The notes beneath the pieces were generated by a model. The model saw nothing but the letters and a program-made list of their open reading frames with translations, did no database searches and was not told the DNA's origin. Both the position numbers and the translations under genes were made by a program. From contig MU061538.1 of NCBI GenBank assembly GCA_013265495.1, forward strand, positions 124,001 to 188,000: a DNA stretch of 64,000 nucleotides. The letters run 5' to 3'. The DNA comes from Vicugna vicugna (taxonomy: Eukaryota). How positions within the stretch are numbered: the first letter of the stretch is position 1; each line of letters starts with the position of its first letter. Shown in pieces: positions 31,813-45,500 of this stretch.

Positions 31813-34800
31813 TAGGGGAGATGGTGTAGCCAGAGCCTGGAGAGTTCAAAGGAAGTAGCTCAGAGTTGGTTTTGGAGATGAAGCCTGAAGCAGCTCATTC
31901 AAAGGGTGTTAGCCAAGCAGCACCATGTGTGTGGTTCTGAGGAGTGAGTGAGTGTAAGTGAACACACCACGTTTTGAACATGGAGTGGAGAGTGTAAACC
32001 ACTTATTTACTGAAAAAATTAATAATAAGGAACCTGAGGCTGAGCCACCTTTCAGTGGAGCAACTGACAGGCACCGGGAAGCCAGGCAAAGCCAAGGGCT
32101 GTAGGAGGCAGAGGCCCCCCAGGGCTGGAGATGCAGGTGCGGGCCGGGGTGCCTGGCTCCAGAGCTGCCAGGCAGGCCAGGGTCAGCTCTGTGTCTCCAG
32201 CCCGTGTCACTCGGCCCCCCGCTCTAGGACAGAGCGCCTGCCTGGCCTCATGCAAGCCTGAACCCATCATGCGTGTCCTGATGGACACGTGTCCCGTGTC
32301 CGGGGAGAATTCCCAGAAAGACCAGCTTGACTGCTGCTGGCCATGAGGGGACGGACACCAGCCCCATGCCATACCAGGTTAGCCTCAACTCCTGCCCCTT
32401 GTCTGGCTGGCAAAGTGCGATAATGTGGCCCTTACATGCTCACCCAGATTCCTCCGAGCTGTAGGGTGCAGCTCCCCTCTCCCCACTCTGGGGCTGTGGC
32501 CTGGAGTCTGGCGGCACTTGGCAGGGGACCGAGCCGTTACTCAGGGGCCAGGGAGGTGCTGCAGAGGGGAGGGAGGCAGGGTGCACTGGGAGTGGTGGGT
32601 GACATCCCTTGCTGAGCGTGGGCAGTCTCGTGGGGCCCCGGCCCCTGCAGGACGGGATGGGAACGGTTTGCTCCTGCCCTCGAGATGGGCTCTGTGACTG
32701 TCCCAGGCTGGCGGCCAAAGGGCCCATCAGAGGCCCCTTCTCCTGGGCCTAGCAAAACTGCTCCTGATGAAGGGGAAACACAGTGGGCATCCCAGCCCAG
32801 CACACCAAGCGCCCCTGACCAGAGGGAGGACACAGTTGGTGCTGCTCATGCAGAACAGCCTTGTGACTCATATCTGAGCGCCACTCCCACGGTTTCCACG
32901 GCCACTGTCCCAGCAAGTCAGCTGTGGCTGTGCCATGTTTTTCAGCAGAGTTGGGGTGACGGCTGGCTTCCCACTCTGAACACTTTCTGGCCCTAATCAG
33001 ACGTCAGGGTTGTTCCGGTCAGCTCCGAAGTTGTCCCGAGCCCTGACTGACACAGTCAGAACCCTCAGCTTGATCTGTTACTGCTCGGCAACATGAGGCC
33101 ACAGAGCTGGTGTGCTCGGGGCTGGGATGTGAGCCCTGAGCAGGGTCGTCCTCAGGTGGGGCCCTGAGGGGACACATGGCTCAAGGACCTTGAAAATCTT
33201 GGAAGAGTCATTCCTTGGCCTGTAACTGCAAATATGTTCTTGCCTAACCTGTGCAACCGCATCCCATGCAGACCGTGGCTGCATATTAGAAGCATTAGCA
33301 AGCGCAACAATGACAGACTGGATACTTTCATAAGGAGAGAGGCCCCCCGACCAAAAGGGCCCAGGGAGTGAGCATGTGTGTGAGCGTCTGTGTGCCTTGT
33401 ACAGCATCCAGACACGTTCTCACACGCACACACACCTGTGTGTTGGGTCCAGCACAGGGGACACCTGCGCACAGCCCCTGCCCGCTGAAGTCTGGGCTGC
33501 CTCTGGAACCGGCCTGTTCCTCTGCACGAGATTCCTCTCCTCCCTCCCTCCCTCCCTCATGCTCCATTTCTCTGCTGTTAGCTCCTCTGTCTGGTTGGCG
33601 AGCTCGGCCCTGTGGCAGGTGGCGCAGCGCCCAGCACAGGTCTGCTGTGGTCACAGCGGGGTGCCCTTCCCTGCCCCTGTCGTGGGTTCTGGACTTCTCC
33701 CCGAGCCTCGTCGCTGTGGTGTTCTCGCATCCGTCCTGTACCTCCGATTCCCGCTTCCCCTTCCTGGGGTCGTGTCAGCGTCCTGAAGCTGGGGCGAGGG
33801 GTGACACAGGACCAGGTTCCAGAAACCCTTGTTGGCAGCAGCTAGTCAAACAAGGAAAGGACAAACAGTCCCAGGCCCTTCCTCAGAGCCCCTGTAACAA
33901 TGCCCAGGAAGGAGGCGCCCGCCCCAAAAGTAAACAGCCCTGCGAGTTCAGGCTCAGGAGGGGCCCTGGCTCCTCTGGGTGCCTCACGACGGCCGGCCGC
34001 CGTGAATGCCCTCGGATGTGCCCAGGGTGGCCCCAGTGGCCTCCGTGTGGGCAGGGCGCAGCCCCTCGAAGTCGGGCAGGTGACTGATGATGTAGACCGC
34101 ATCTACAGGAGTGGAGGTGGCGGCGGGTGTCACACTGAGCCCTTTCTCCTCCTGCCCTCGTACCCCTGAACCACTGCAGGGCCTGCCCTCGAGCCCACCT
34201 TGACCTCATTTCCTTTCTTTCCCTACTGTTTTGCCAGCAAACATGTCTCTGGTCGGCTCTCCGGACTCAGAGGACAGACTTGTCCGGCAGCCTCCAGCCT
34301 TCACTGGGCTGTATCTCAGCTGGGAGCCCGTGCTTGGGGTGGGCCCCGTGTGCTCACACGGTGGTTGGCGGAGTGCTCAGCGGAGCTGAGCAACGAAGGC
34401 TGGTGGCCTTTCTCAGACAAGTCTTCGGGTGAGTCATCTCACCGACGTACTCTACGCCGGGAGGCACATCTGGTTTGAGGTGAGACCCCCGCGGTGCTGA
34501 CCCAAGTCTGGCTGCTGAAAATAACGTGCTGATTAAACAAACCGTCTGCAAAAAGCCCATTCACTGTGCTTTCCCCCCACCTTGTGGGATGGGGAACAGA
34601 GCGTGGGAACACGAGGATGAAGGCGGCTGCTGCCTCCCAGGGAGGACGATGTCCCTGCAGAGTGGACCTCCATCTGGGTCAAAGATAGGCTCCCTGCCCA
34701 CCTGTCAGGCCAGGGGAGACACAGGAGCAGGACTGCTTTTTTGGGTGCAGGCACTGAGACTGTTGAACAGGGTGGGTGGGAGGGGCCTGGGAACTGTGGG

Positions 34801-35399
34801 ATGGACAGGCCCAGCCCCAAAGCCTGCACAGCCCAGCCTTGTCAGGGTGGGGAAGCTCCGGGAAGGCTGCGGGAAGCCTGCCGGAGGCACCATGGGAATG
34901 GGAGCTGACCTGGGGTCAGAGGAGGCTGGGGAGCCAGACGCTGAAGCAGGCAAGGGGTGACGGAGGGGACGAGCCTGCGGTAGGGTGTGTGGGACGCGCA
35001 GCACAGCCACACTCATCCTCACCTGCCAGCCACACTCACACACTGTCTGCTGACACACAGCCCCCATCCACTGAAGGACCCCTTCCATGCCCAGGTCTCC
35101 AGTTAGTAGAAGTTCCCTGGGAGGAGCACGAGGTCCCCAGCGCCCCTGGCTGGAGCCTCGGACAGGGACCAGCAGAGGGCCAGCCATGGGAGGAGAGAAG
35201 GGCCCCCAGCTGACCTGAGTCGGCAGTATGCCCACGGTGGGTTCCAGACCCCGAGGACTGGACCTCTGGACCGGGGTGGCTCCCACGCCGCAGCTCCATC
35301 CCCACTGACCCCCCCAGGTTAGGCTCCCACGGCCCTTCCCTCTCCGGGGTGGGGGGCACGTGCTGCCCACGCTGCAAGTGCACTTCTGACTTGGCCATG

Positions 35400-36540
35400 A
35401 GGAGGGGTGGCCGGCAGGGCAGTGTGACTCCATGGGACCCGGCGGGAAGGGCGGGGGCGGGGGAAAAAACCGGGGTGGGTGGGGTGCCGGGGCCCTGCAG
35501 GTTGAGAGGGGCCGAGGAACCTGCGGGGGAGGGGAGGCTCCCAGCCCCCAGGGGCGGCAGGAGGCGAGGGGCGGGGCCCCGGGGGGCTGGGCGCCCCCAG
35601 ACGCCGCGGAGGAGCTGGGAGGGCCGGAGCTGGTGGCGCGGACCTCTCCCCTGTTGAGGTGGGGGTCCGGGCGGGGGTTAGGACCTGCGGGGAGCACCGC
35701 GTGCCGGCGGCGGGACCTGCGAGCTGCGCCGNNNNNNNNNNNNNNNNNNNNNNNNNNNNNNNNNNNNNNNNNNNNNNNNNNNNNNNNNNNNNNNNNNNNN
35801 NNNNNNNNNNNNNNNNNNNNNNNNNNNNNNNNNNNNNNNNNNNNNNNNNNNNNNNNNNNNNNNNNNNNNNNNNNNNNNNNNNNNNNNNNNNNNNNNNNNN
35901 NNNNNNNNNNNNNNNNNNNNNNNNNNNNNNNNNNNNNNNNNNNNNNNNNNNNNNNNNNNNNNNNNNNNNNNNNNNNNNNNNNNNNNNNNNNNNNNNNNNN
36001 NNNNNNNNNNNNNNNNNNNNNNNNNNNNNNNNNNNNNGGGCGGGGGCGTCTCGGGAGTGAGGGGAGGTGGGGGAGGGGCGCGGGGGGCGCGGGGGCCGCG
36101 GGTGCTCCCGGCGCGCGCGCGCGGCAGCAGTTCGCTGCCCCTCGGGGGCCGCGGGGCGGCGGGGACGCGCGCTGCGTGGGTGCGCTCCCCGCGTGCTGGT
36201 GCCGCGTGCGCCGCGGGCCGCGCCGGGAGGCCGCGCGAGGAGGGATCCGCGTGCGCGGCTGGGGCGACTGGGAGGGGCGCGCGGGCGTGGGTCCTTGGCT
36301 CCCCCGCTGCCTCGGCCCCACGCGCCGTCCTCCGCGGCCTCCTCCCCGCGCGTCACCACGCGAACTCCTGGGCCAGCTCCGCACAATCAGACGGACATTT
36401 TCCTTCTGTGACAGGAGTGGGAGGACGAGGGAGGGGACAAGCCCAGGATCGCCTTCCCTCAGGCACAGCCTTCACCATTTCCACCCAGGGAACGTTCTGT
36501 GCCCCAAGGACCTCGCTCGGCGCGCATCTTTTTTTTGTTT
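35400..36540 (+). promoter_or_regulatory. PTPRN2: CpG island promoter, probably the PTPRN2 promoter/exon 1
   Basis: Very GC- and CpG-dense, with several GGGCGGGG boxes (~35449, 35569, 35669) and G skew on +. The identity is inferred only from the conserved tandem order NCAPG2 then PTPRN2; the start codon and signal peptide are not visible and are presumed to lie in the gap. Confidence 0.65.
35732..36037. other. Assembly gap (306 N) in the CpG island core
   Basis: Run of N. Confidence 0.99.
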
Positions 36541-39500
36541 CGGAGGTTTACCATAACGCCTGTAAACGCCAGCGTTTCCGTGGCTTTGAGGCCGGAATTA
36601 CTGAACATAATAGATTAGAATAATAGGTGTTACGAGACTGAGTCAAATTCAGGTCCAGGGCTGGGAGAGGGGCCTCCTCAGCCGGTCTCCCCCTCCCATC
36701 CTTGCCCTTCTGGTCTCCCGTGGGGTTCACTGTCCCAGTCCCAAGCAAACAAACTGCAGGGAGCGTTGGGCAGACGGTCTCCCTAGATTTCTGGCCAATA
36801 TGGGCCAGTTGCCCTGAATTTCTCCCTTGCTGTCCTGGGTCCTCACGCACTTCCTGGCGGGTGGGCAGCCTGGCACAGCTTGAGGGAGAGCTGGTGCTCC
36901 CAGAGGAGAGCCACGCCTGCTGGGGTGGAGTCCCGGGGTGGGTGTCTGCTCTTGTCCCCGACATCCTGGGCGACGTTGTCAGAGCCACCCCAGGCACAAG
37001 TCATCCTTGCCAGGGGAGCCCCACCTGGGGAGGCCTGGGGGCCTCACTCACTCTGCCCTGACCTCCAGGACCTTGCCCCAGACCAGTGCACTGGTCCGAT
37101 TCTGCTGGGCTGTGTTCCTTCCTTCCTCTGGATGAACTGGCATATCACCTTGTGCGAGGGCTGTTTGCTCAGCTGGCCAGACGCCACCCTCCACATGCAC
37201 ACAGGTCAGAGAGACCAGGATTAGCTGACACCAGCCAGTCAGCCTCCTAGGGGAGGCAGTTTCAGTGGGATGAGGAGGGGGCTGGTCCTCGACTTCTCTC
37301 TCTCCATTGTAATTGCCAGTTCACAGCGGTTTTTTAGAAATCAGAGAGAAAGGAGGAAGGGGGAGGTGCTGAGGGCGGGAGCAAAGGAAAAAAGGAAAAC
37401 CCAGGGACAGAGGGATGTGAAGGGAGAGGGCTGCTCAGCTGCTGGGCCGTGTTGCCTGACGCAGCCATGGTGTTTTGGCTGCAAGCACAGTTGAGTCATG
37501 AGGAAGGGGTGCCTCATTCCCCCTCTGTTCACTGTGTGCCCCAAGGGAGCCTCCTGGGTGCAGCCTTGATGTGGGACAACAGTAGGGCCCCGGCATTGTT
37601 AGGACTGTCTCAAGGACTCCAGGTGACAGGTTTAACTTCTGAATCCTGAGGAACTGTGCGTACAGACAGTGAGATGGAAGTGCGGTTTTCCCATTTGGGG
37701 ACCCAACCTGAGGTCTCAGGTAGCCTTGTCTGCCTGTGTATGCTCCCGGTCCTGTTCACCCAGCCTCCTCTCCCTGCACCATCCTTACCCAGAGGGCTGC
37801 TACCCTATCCTGGAATCCACATCCTGTCTCCGGACAGCTCAGGGGAGCCACGGTCGCCCCTGAAGGCATATGCTGCCATGTTTCCTCCCTCAGCCACCTG
37901 GGTCTTGTTTGATCGTGATCGTACCAACCTCAGTTTCCTGTTGGCGGTGTACGAGGAATGCTGTCTCTGCCTTAGATGTGGCCCAGCCATGTCACTTGTG
38001 CCCAGGTATTTATTTAGCAGTTCAACGCTCAGCCTCAGCTGAAGGCCCACAGAAGGCACGATTCCAGAAGATGCAAGTTTTGCTCTTCACTTGTATCGTA
38101 AAGCTGTGGGGTTGAATGAGGGGCCAGATATCACCAGACCCAAGACCAGTTCTTTCTGCACAGAATGCCGCATCTTGAGCCAGGGGCCTGTTCACATTTA
38201 GCTGGTGAAGGAGCTCTTGCTGAAACGCTGGGTCAACAAAACTCCTGTGTCCGAGTTTACCCATACGCCACGGCGTGACCCTGTTTCCACCACAGCTGTG
38301 GGCAGCACCCCAGTGACAGTGGCTGTCCTGCCCCTGCTCTTCAGGGCACCCTTTCCTGTGATCCTGTTGCCTTCCTGACCTGCACCCCGGCTCTGCCCAC
38401 ATCCTTCTGGTGCAGAAGGCCCCTTGAGGCACACAGTGCCTGTTGCTTGTGGCACTATTGTCAGAGCTGAAGGGGGCAGGGATGTGGCACCCCCACCATG
38501 GTGTGACTCAGCCTTGCTCGTAGCCAGAGCACCGTGGCTCGCAGGGCAAAACGACACCGGCCGCTGAGCAACTCTTCTCCTCACGTGTGTCCATCTTTGG
38601 GTTTTCCGTCTCCCTCTTTCTGCCTTTCTCTGTGGTTTCAGGATGTCCTTTTGTTCAGGTGCTCAGTGCTTTCCATAAGTCCGCCGTGAACAGCAGCCTC
38701 TTGTCCCTAAGCCATTCTTCAGTTACAGGGAGGCCCGTTTGTGAACCTGTTCTGGCGGCCCCCATGTTGACGAGCAGTTGTAGAAAAGGTCCTCCTCTTT
38801 TGCTAAAGAAATAGGAACTTCACTTCCCAAAGGATAGGGTCAACCTTTCACGCAAATTTTGCTTGGAGAATCCAAAGTCAAACCCAGCCAGTGCACCTGG
38901 CTTTGAAGAAGGCTTCCATTTCCCTCCTTTGTTTTTGCCTCTCGATTTGCCCACACGGAGCTGGGGAGAGAGCTGCCGGGAGCAGGAGTCAAAGCAGCCT
39001 TGCTTTGTCAACGAGATGGCATGATGCTTTATTTTTAAATCAAAGCATCCTTCCTGCTAGGAAAGCACAAATCGGGCTTTGCTTCTTGGGGTCCGGAGCT
39101 GAGCTCGTGGGCTGTATGGAAATGGGCAGCCCGCCCCCACCCTGTGCTGCCTGCCCCCCGCTGGGCTGCGAGCCCTTTTCCGCCCAGTTGTCTCCTCCTC
39201 CTGCTGTGGCTCCTGCAGCCTCAGGTGCTGACGTCCCGGGCAGAGGGACTGGGGCACAGGGATGACCCCAGGCTTCTGGGAAAGGGAGGTGCCAGACAGT
39301 GGGCTCCCCCACAAATGCAGGGCGTGGGGTGGAACGGTGACATGGCTGTCTCCTGTGTCCAGAGAGCACGGTTAAACGTGTCAGACTCAGGAGGGGTGTG
39401 CGGCATGTGAAGAGGGTTCCAGACGGTCCCCTGTGTTCGTGCAGCTTCGCTGTGTGTCTGAGCACCTTGCAGCCCTTCTTTTAAAAGCTGACCTGTTTTT

Positions 39501-42500
39501 GCACCTGGTTTACGGAGGGCACCACCAGTGGTGCCCGCTGCGCGGTGCAGGGCTTGCTGCGTCTGTGGTTGTCTGCTCTCCACTTCCCTCGGTGCTGGTG
39601 TGGCCCCGCCGGTCCCCTCTGTGCGCCGGGAAGAAGGGCAGGGGGACACAGAGAGCCCGCGGCTCGGGGCGGGAGGCAGCTCGAGGCTAGTCCCCCAGGC
39701 ATGTCTCCTAGGAGCTCTGTGGTTTTCATTGGTTCTTTTCCGTGGTAATAATTTCTGCATTCTGCATTCTGAGTTTACCTTGTTCTGTTGTTTGCACGCA
39801 GTGTTTTACCTAGTTAGTGAATATAGTTATTCACCCACTTTTCTTTGGGTTTTGAAAGTCAGGAATATGGGGTGAGGGAGGGCCAGCGAGCTGTCATTAG
39901 TAAGAAGGTTTCCAGCACCACGATGTCTTGGCTCATCACCTTAGAATTTCAAAATTTTTAATGAAAAAGTGTTTGTAACTGAATGTGGCCCAAATGAAAA
40001 GGACCCTCTAACTCTGCATGGCAGGTATTCACGATATGCCTGGGTATGCGCAAATACTGCTAGCTTAAGGATTCTTTACATGTGGAGAGGTGAAGAAAAG
40101 CCTAAGAAATGGGCAAAACGGGTTTCATCCAGATGTGGGAGGTAGGGGCAGGCCTGCTGAGGCTGACTGAGAGCCCAGCTTGTCTCTTCTGACAAGATGG
40201 CTCATCTCCCGAGAAACCAAGCAGTTGAACTCATGGCAGAAAGCCCTCTGCGTCACGTAGAAGCGCCTGGCAGCTGTTCTCACGTTAGTCTAAACTGACC
40301 TCCATAAATGTAGGTGCAGCTGGACTTATTTTTCAGATCTTGGTTGACAGGAGGCCAGAAAGCTAGAGAAGCAGGGAACAGCCGGGGCACCTGTCTGCTG
40401 GCTGGAGACAGTTTGCTGGAGGAAGAAGGAATTTTCTCTTTCAACTCGCACCTTCTCTGGCTCAGCCACCACCACTCTAATGTCTGCATGTCCAGGGTAG
40501 GGAGGGAGAAGGTGCGGCTCTTCTGGAAACACTTATGCTCACATGTTAAGTAACTTTTTTGTTTGTTATTCTGAGCTGATAAGTGGGTGGCTCCCACATT
40601 AGTCTAAGAAACTGAACTTTGGACTAGAGGTGCTGGGGCCTGAAGCGTGAGGTCCACCTGCATGTAGAGTGGCCTCCGTGTGTGTGACGTGAGGAGGGGA
40701 GGTCGCCTCGAGGGCTCTGCGATGATCACTTGGTACCCGCCCTCCTTTGTGGAGGTGGAGGAGAGGGCTTTTGCTTTACTTATTTTTATCTGTTGCCTCC
40801 AATTGTATTGACTGTGATTCAGAAAATGCAAGGACACGCCCTCTGCCCCGTGGGGCTGTTCAGGGGCATGGTGCCTGGACGGTGGGGTGAGCTAACAGTT
40901 ATAAAATAGATTGGGGTGATGTCCCTTTAATTTACTTAAAAATTGTCACCTAGTGGAAGTTAGCTTTTTCCTTAGGTAAATGGCTCTCTGTACAGATTCC
41001 AGTGCCAGAGGCCAGAACAGCTCCATCCCCCTGACGCTGCCCCACGCCTCCTCTTTGCAGTGACGCCTGCCCGCCCCCAGCCCTGGCAACCCCTGAGCTC
41101 TCTGCGTGTGGTTATGTGTACACCCCATTTAGCTGTGATGGGCCAGCATTTCCGTCTCTGTTCTATAGATGGAAAGACTGAGACTGGGCGTGGCGAAGAA
41201 ACCACCGTGGACACCCGGTGCTGGGCTTGGCCCCAGGTCTCCGGCCTTCAGAATCGCTGTTCTTTCCCAGCAGGTGACCCCAGGAAGGGGCAGGGAGAGC
41301 GCTGCAGAATGGGGTCCTAGTGGAAGGGTTCTGTGTGCTGTGAGGGCTTGTCCTCCAGCTCCACAGGAACACGGGCGTCTGGGGGAAGGCATTGCTCTTC
41401 TGTGTTGAGGTTTGTTCTGGTGTCAGATTCGATCCTTTGGCCTCTCCGAGGGGATCTTGATGTTTGGAAGGGGATGGCTTGTGTTTGGCCACCTTCAGCT
41501 CCCCCACGATGGCAGGAGTGCAGGCGCCACGTGGAAGGCATGGGTTGCCGTGTCCGTGAACTGTTGAGAATGCCTCGGCACTCCCCTTGGGCTTTTTAAA
41601 GGCAGTAATACACACACCAAAGAAGCTAGCTCTCATTTGAGACTTGTTCCAACAAAAAGTCCACTTCAGAGTAAGGGATGAAGGAGGGATAACTTTTGTA
41701 AGAAAAAGGGTGAGAGTAGGTTCCATCTAAGCTTGAGATTTAGAGCGGCAGACGGGCAAGGGATGGGTCACTCAGGTCAGCCGTGAGCCTTCTCAGGGGG
41801 CAGCTGGTAGACGAAAGAGTGGACCACCCCACCGTGACGCGGGCAGTCTGTGTCACACTGCGCCATCCCGCGTACGGTACGAGGATGTGTTTGGATAGCG
41901 TTTGTGTGGCGGAAGGAGTTTTCAGAAGAAAGGTTGACCTGGTTTCCAAAGGGAAAAGGCCTCTATATTAACAGTGTGGTCAGTTCTGACTCCGACAGCG
42001 AAACATAGTCAACGTGTAAGCAACGGCGCAGCCTCTAAAGGTGGCCCTGGGAGGCCAGTGCCTTCTCCATCTGGGGCTGTGGCTTCAGTCCAGCTCAGAG
42101 CAGTAATTAACCTGAGGAGCGGCTCGAAGCCAGTTCGGGGACGTGTGTTCTCTGCAGTAGCCGGTGTTCCGTGGCACCGGACGCGGCACAGCAGCCAGGG
42201 ACGGCGCAGCTTTCCCCGGCAGGTCGGGGGCAGGAGTGTGGGTGCGGAAGCAGTGTGAGCCGCCGTCCACCAGCCTTCCCGCCTCAAGCCATCTCTGCCC
42301 CGAGAGGCACCTCTGCTTTTACCAAAAAACAGTTGGGGACTTCTTAAATCTTTTTTTCTAAGAAGTTGCCTAAAAACAGGCCGAGATTCAGATCACCAAA
42401 GTTCCACCTGGATTCAGCGTTGTCTGAGCAGAGCACAGAGGGGATTGCAATGAGGACGGAGCAGAGTCTGCCCCCAGGGCCCAGCCCACCCTGTGACCAA

Positions 42501-45500
42501 GCCTTCCCTCGGCCTCTCCCCGCCTCACCAGGGTGTTCTGGCCTCGAGTCCCTGACATGGTCAGTGTGGAGCAGAGAGGGCCTTAGCAGAGCCAGAAGCT
42601 GTCGGCGGCTTCCGGACACGTGGTGGGGTGCGTGGCTGTGGGTCTAGAACACAAGTTAGGCGAGAAAAGACAGCACTTCAGGGCGCACGTTGAGGGACCG
42701 AGGACTCCCCTGTCTTTCCATCTGGTAATCTTTACCGTTTGCACTTGGTTGGGAAATCAGGAGAAGTGAAAGGACTTCCCCCAAATCTCTCTGAATTTAT
42801 ACCACAAGCAAAATACCGAATTCTTCGTGCTTTTGAGAGGATTTTACGAGATGGCGGGAGAGCCCCTGGTGAGAGCAGCCCTGGCGGCCATTTCTGGAAC
42901 CTGGGCCTCTCCAGGCCGGTGGCCAGATGACGGAACGGTGTTCTTATTGAAAACAGTGTTACTTTGCTGTAGCTGAATTGACTGCTGAGGTTTTTGCAAA
43001 AGCATTACCATTTAAAATAATAATATCATTTGTGTGTCTTAATGAGCATGTTTAAAAATATTCACACCCAAGTGGGATGCAGTCGGGCTGTGTTCTGACA
43101 CTGAGGACGAGTCAGCGCGGTAACACTGTCGGTTGTCCCTCCATGTCATCCCTTCAAAGAGCTTAAGGCCCTTGGATAGAAGAAATGAGGTTTAAATGAT
43201 CGTCATACGGACTTCTTACATGTTTGCATGGGAAGTGCAGTAAAAGGAGACAGTGCATATTCTTTTTCAAAAACAGTAAACACTTTCTTTTAAATAATAT
43301 TTAAATATTGATATTTGATAGATGCAAAAATCAGAGCCCTTTTTTGGGGTATGTTTGAAATGTCTAGGCTGCAGTCTTTTTAAGTGTCTGGAGTTTTGTC
43401 TTTTCACCAGGGCATAAACATATTTGACGACAGGGACTGAGGGACTCACGTACCCTAGAGAAGTGTTGGGGTCACACATGGCGCTGGGGACCCAGCTGTG
43501 CCGAGCTGCTGCCTCTCATGGGCGACACAGCCAGGGCAGCACACCCCACCCCAGCCAGCCCCGCGGCCGCTGTCCCAGAGTGAGGGCTGGCCAGGGAGGC
43601 CCACGTGCTGCCCCGTGGGCTGTCGAGGCCTGGGCCATGGCAGTGATGGCAGAGTGGGCGTCTCACTGCCCCGGCCTGACTCCGGCAGCATTGGTCCTGT
43701 GGCCCAGGCTCCACCAAGGCCCCTCTGCAGGGAGGGCCCCCACCTCCAGGCTGTGCCTCACTGGTGTCCAGCAGCCACCGGGCCCAGCCTGCTCTGTGTG
43801 TCTGCGGCTCTGTGGGCTGGCCTCCTCGCTCTCCCAGAGGAGCTTGGTGACATCTGGACTGCGCTTTGAGGGGTGGTACCTGCCGGCCCAGTGTCCACAG
43901 GCCTGTGGTCTGTCAGGTCCCGTGAGCTCTGTGACCTGCTCGGGCCGTGGCGCTCCTGTGGGAGGTCTGCGGGCTCTGGCTGGCGCCCCGTCCCTGTGGT
44001 TTGCTCCTCCCAGCAGCCTTTCTCTCTGAGAGCGTGACAGGGACAGGCGCCCCCCTCGCTCTCCCCCGGCTGCCGTAGGGCTCCTCGGGGTCCCTGGGGA
44101 GGGGAGGCAGAGGTGCCCGACATGGGGGCTGGGGCCCCCATGTGAGGCCCTCCCGTGGGGCACACTCTGAGGTGAACCCAGCAAGGATTCCAAGTTCCCA
44201 GCCAATGTCTGTGTCACACCTGAGGCCTGGAATGTGCTAAAAAAAATGCAATGGAACAGAGACTTTCTTCTCATGCAGAACCAGGCGTGGGCTGACTTTC
44301 TCTGCGGCAGGAGCCAGGCAGGGTCCCGTGCAGGGCGGCCCAGCGCCCAGCTGAGCCAGCGTCCGCTCCCCTGGGAGTGACCACGCCAGGCCTTGGGCCT
44401 CCTGTTCACTTTTGTCTTGTTTGGGGCAAATGCTTCAAGAGGACACACAGGTGGGGAAGCTGAAACCCAGAAAGCGCTTGTCTGCGTGGGTTTGCCCTGC
44501 TGGGAGTTTCAGCAGAAGGAACCATTTTGATGACTTTGAGTGTAGAAACCCTTCTTAAGTGGAAAAATGATGTTTCAGAATAAAGGTTGGATTCTCAGGG
44601 CCGTCTTCTAGAAGCAGGGCCACCTACTCCCTAATACCCACGGCGCCTACTGACGGCCGCGTCCCCGAGGGGTCACGATGAGGAGTTTAGGGTTTAGCGC
44701 CCCCTCGTCTGGGAGGGTGTGGGTGCGGGCACACAGACCAAACAGCCAGAGCCGTGTGGACTACTCTGCTGGCGCACTTCAAACCGCTGCCTGGAATTCA
44801 CGCGCCAGCCAGTGGGGCAGTGTCAACAGGCCGGTCTGGGAGTGAAAACTCTGTTAGTGAGAAACGTGGGGAGTGGTTAGGGACGAAGAGCGCAGCACTT
44901 GGCTGTGAGTTCAGATCCTGCCGGTTGTACCTGCTCTGTCTCTTTGGGAAGACGTCCTTCTCAAAGCATGTCTTGATTTAGTGCTGTTCTGAAAAGGTAA
45001 AGATGTGCGTGCAATCGAGTTGAGAATTTTTCTTATTCTCCAAACATTTTGAGGGGGTGAGATATAGATGTAAAATGCATTTTAGGGCGCCAGGAAACTA
45101 CATTATTGACACAGTAGTACATTAATTAGGAAGCCTGCTGGTGATGTTAAAACCTGATGTGTTTGGTCGGCATTGATACTGTTGAAGAATATGCAGCATT
45201 TGCTTAATGAGTAAATGTTTTCCATAGGAATTCTGAAAGAACATCAGATATCCGGGTTACATTTATAGTCAAACACCAGGGAAAAAAGAATGTTCCAGAT
45301 TGTTAGAGGCGATCTTACATAAAACGTTCCACAAAGATTGTAGAAGATTAAATGGGTGCTAACTCCAAAATCAAAGCCTTATTTTGAAAGCGTCTACCCA
45401 GGTCTGGGTACATGTGTTCCAAATGTTGTCAGAGTTCCTCCAGGATATCAAAAGACGCTGCTTTGCTCTATAAAATACATGAATAAAGAAGGACGACTAT

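Noticed and set aside
34705..36623. Long ORFs (559, 374 and 355 aa) across the CpG island
   Set aside because: Inflated by the N gap and by stop-poor GC-rich DNA; the Pro/Arg/Gly/Ala low-complexity products resemble no known protein
35690..39925. REST/RE1 sites (gagcaccgcg at ~35692; ccagcaccacg at ~39912)
   Set aside because: Only the left half-site is present; the GGACAG half is missing
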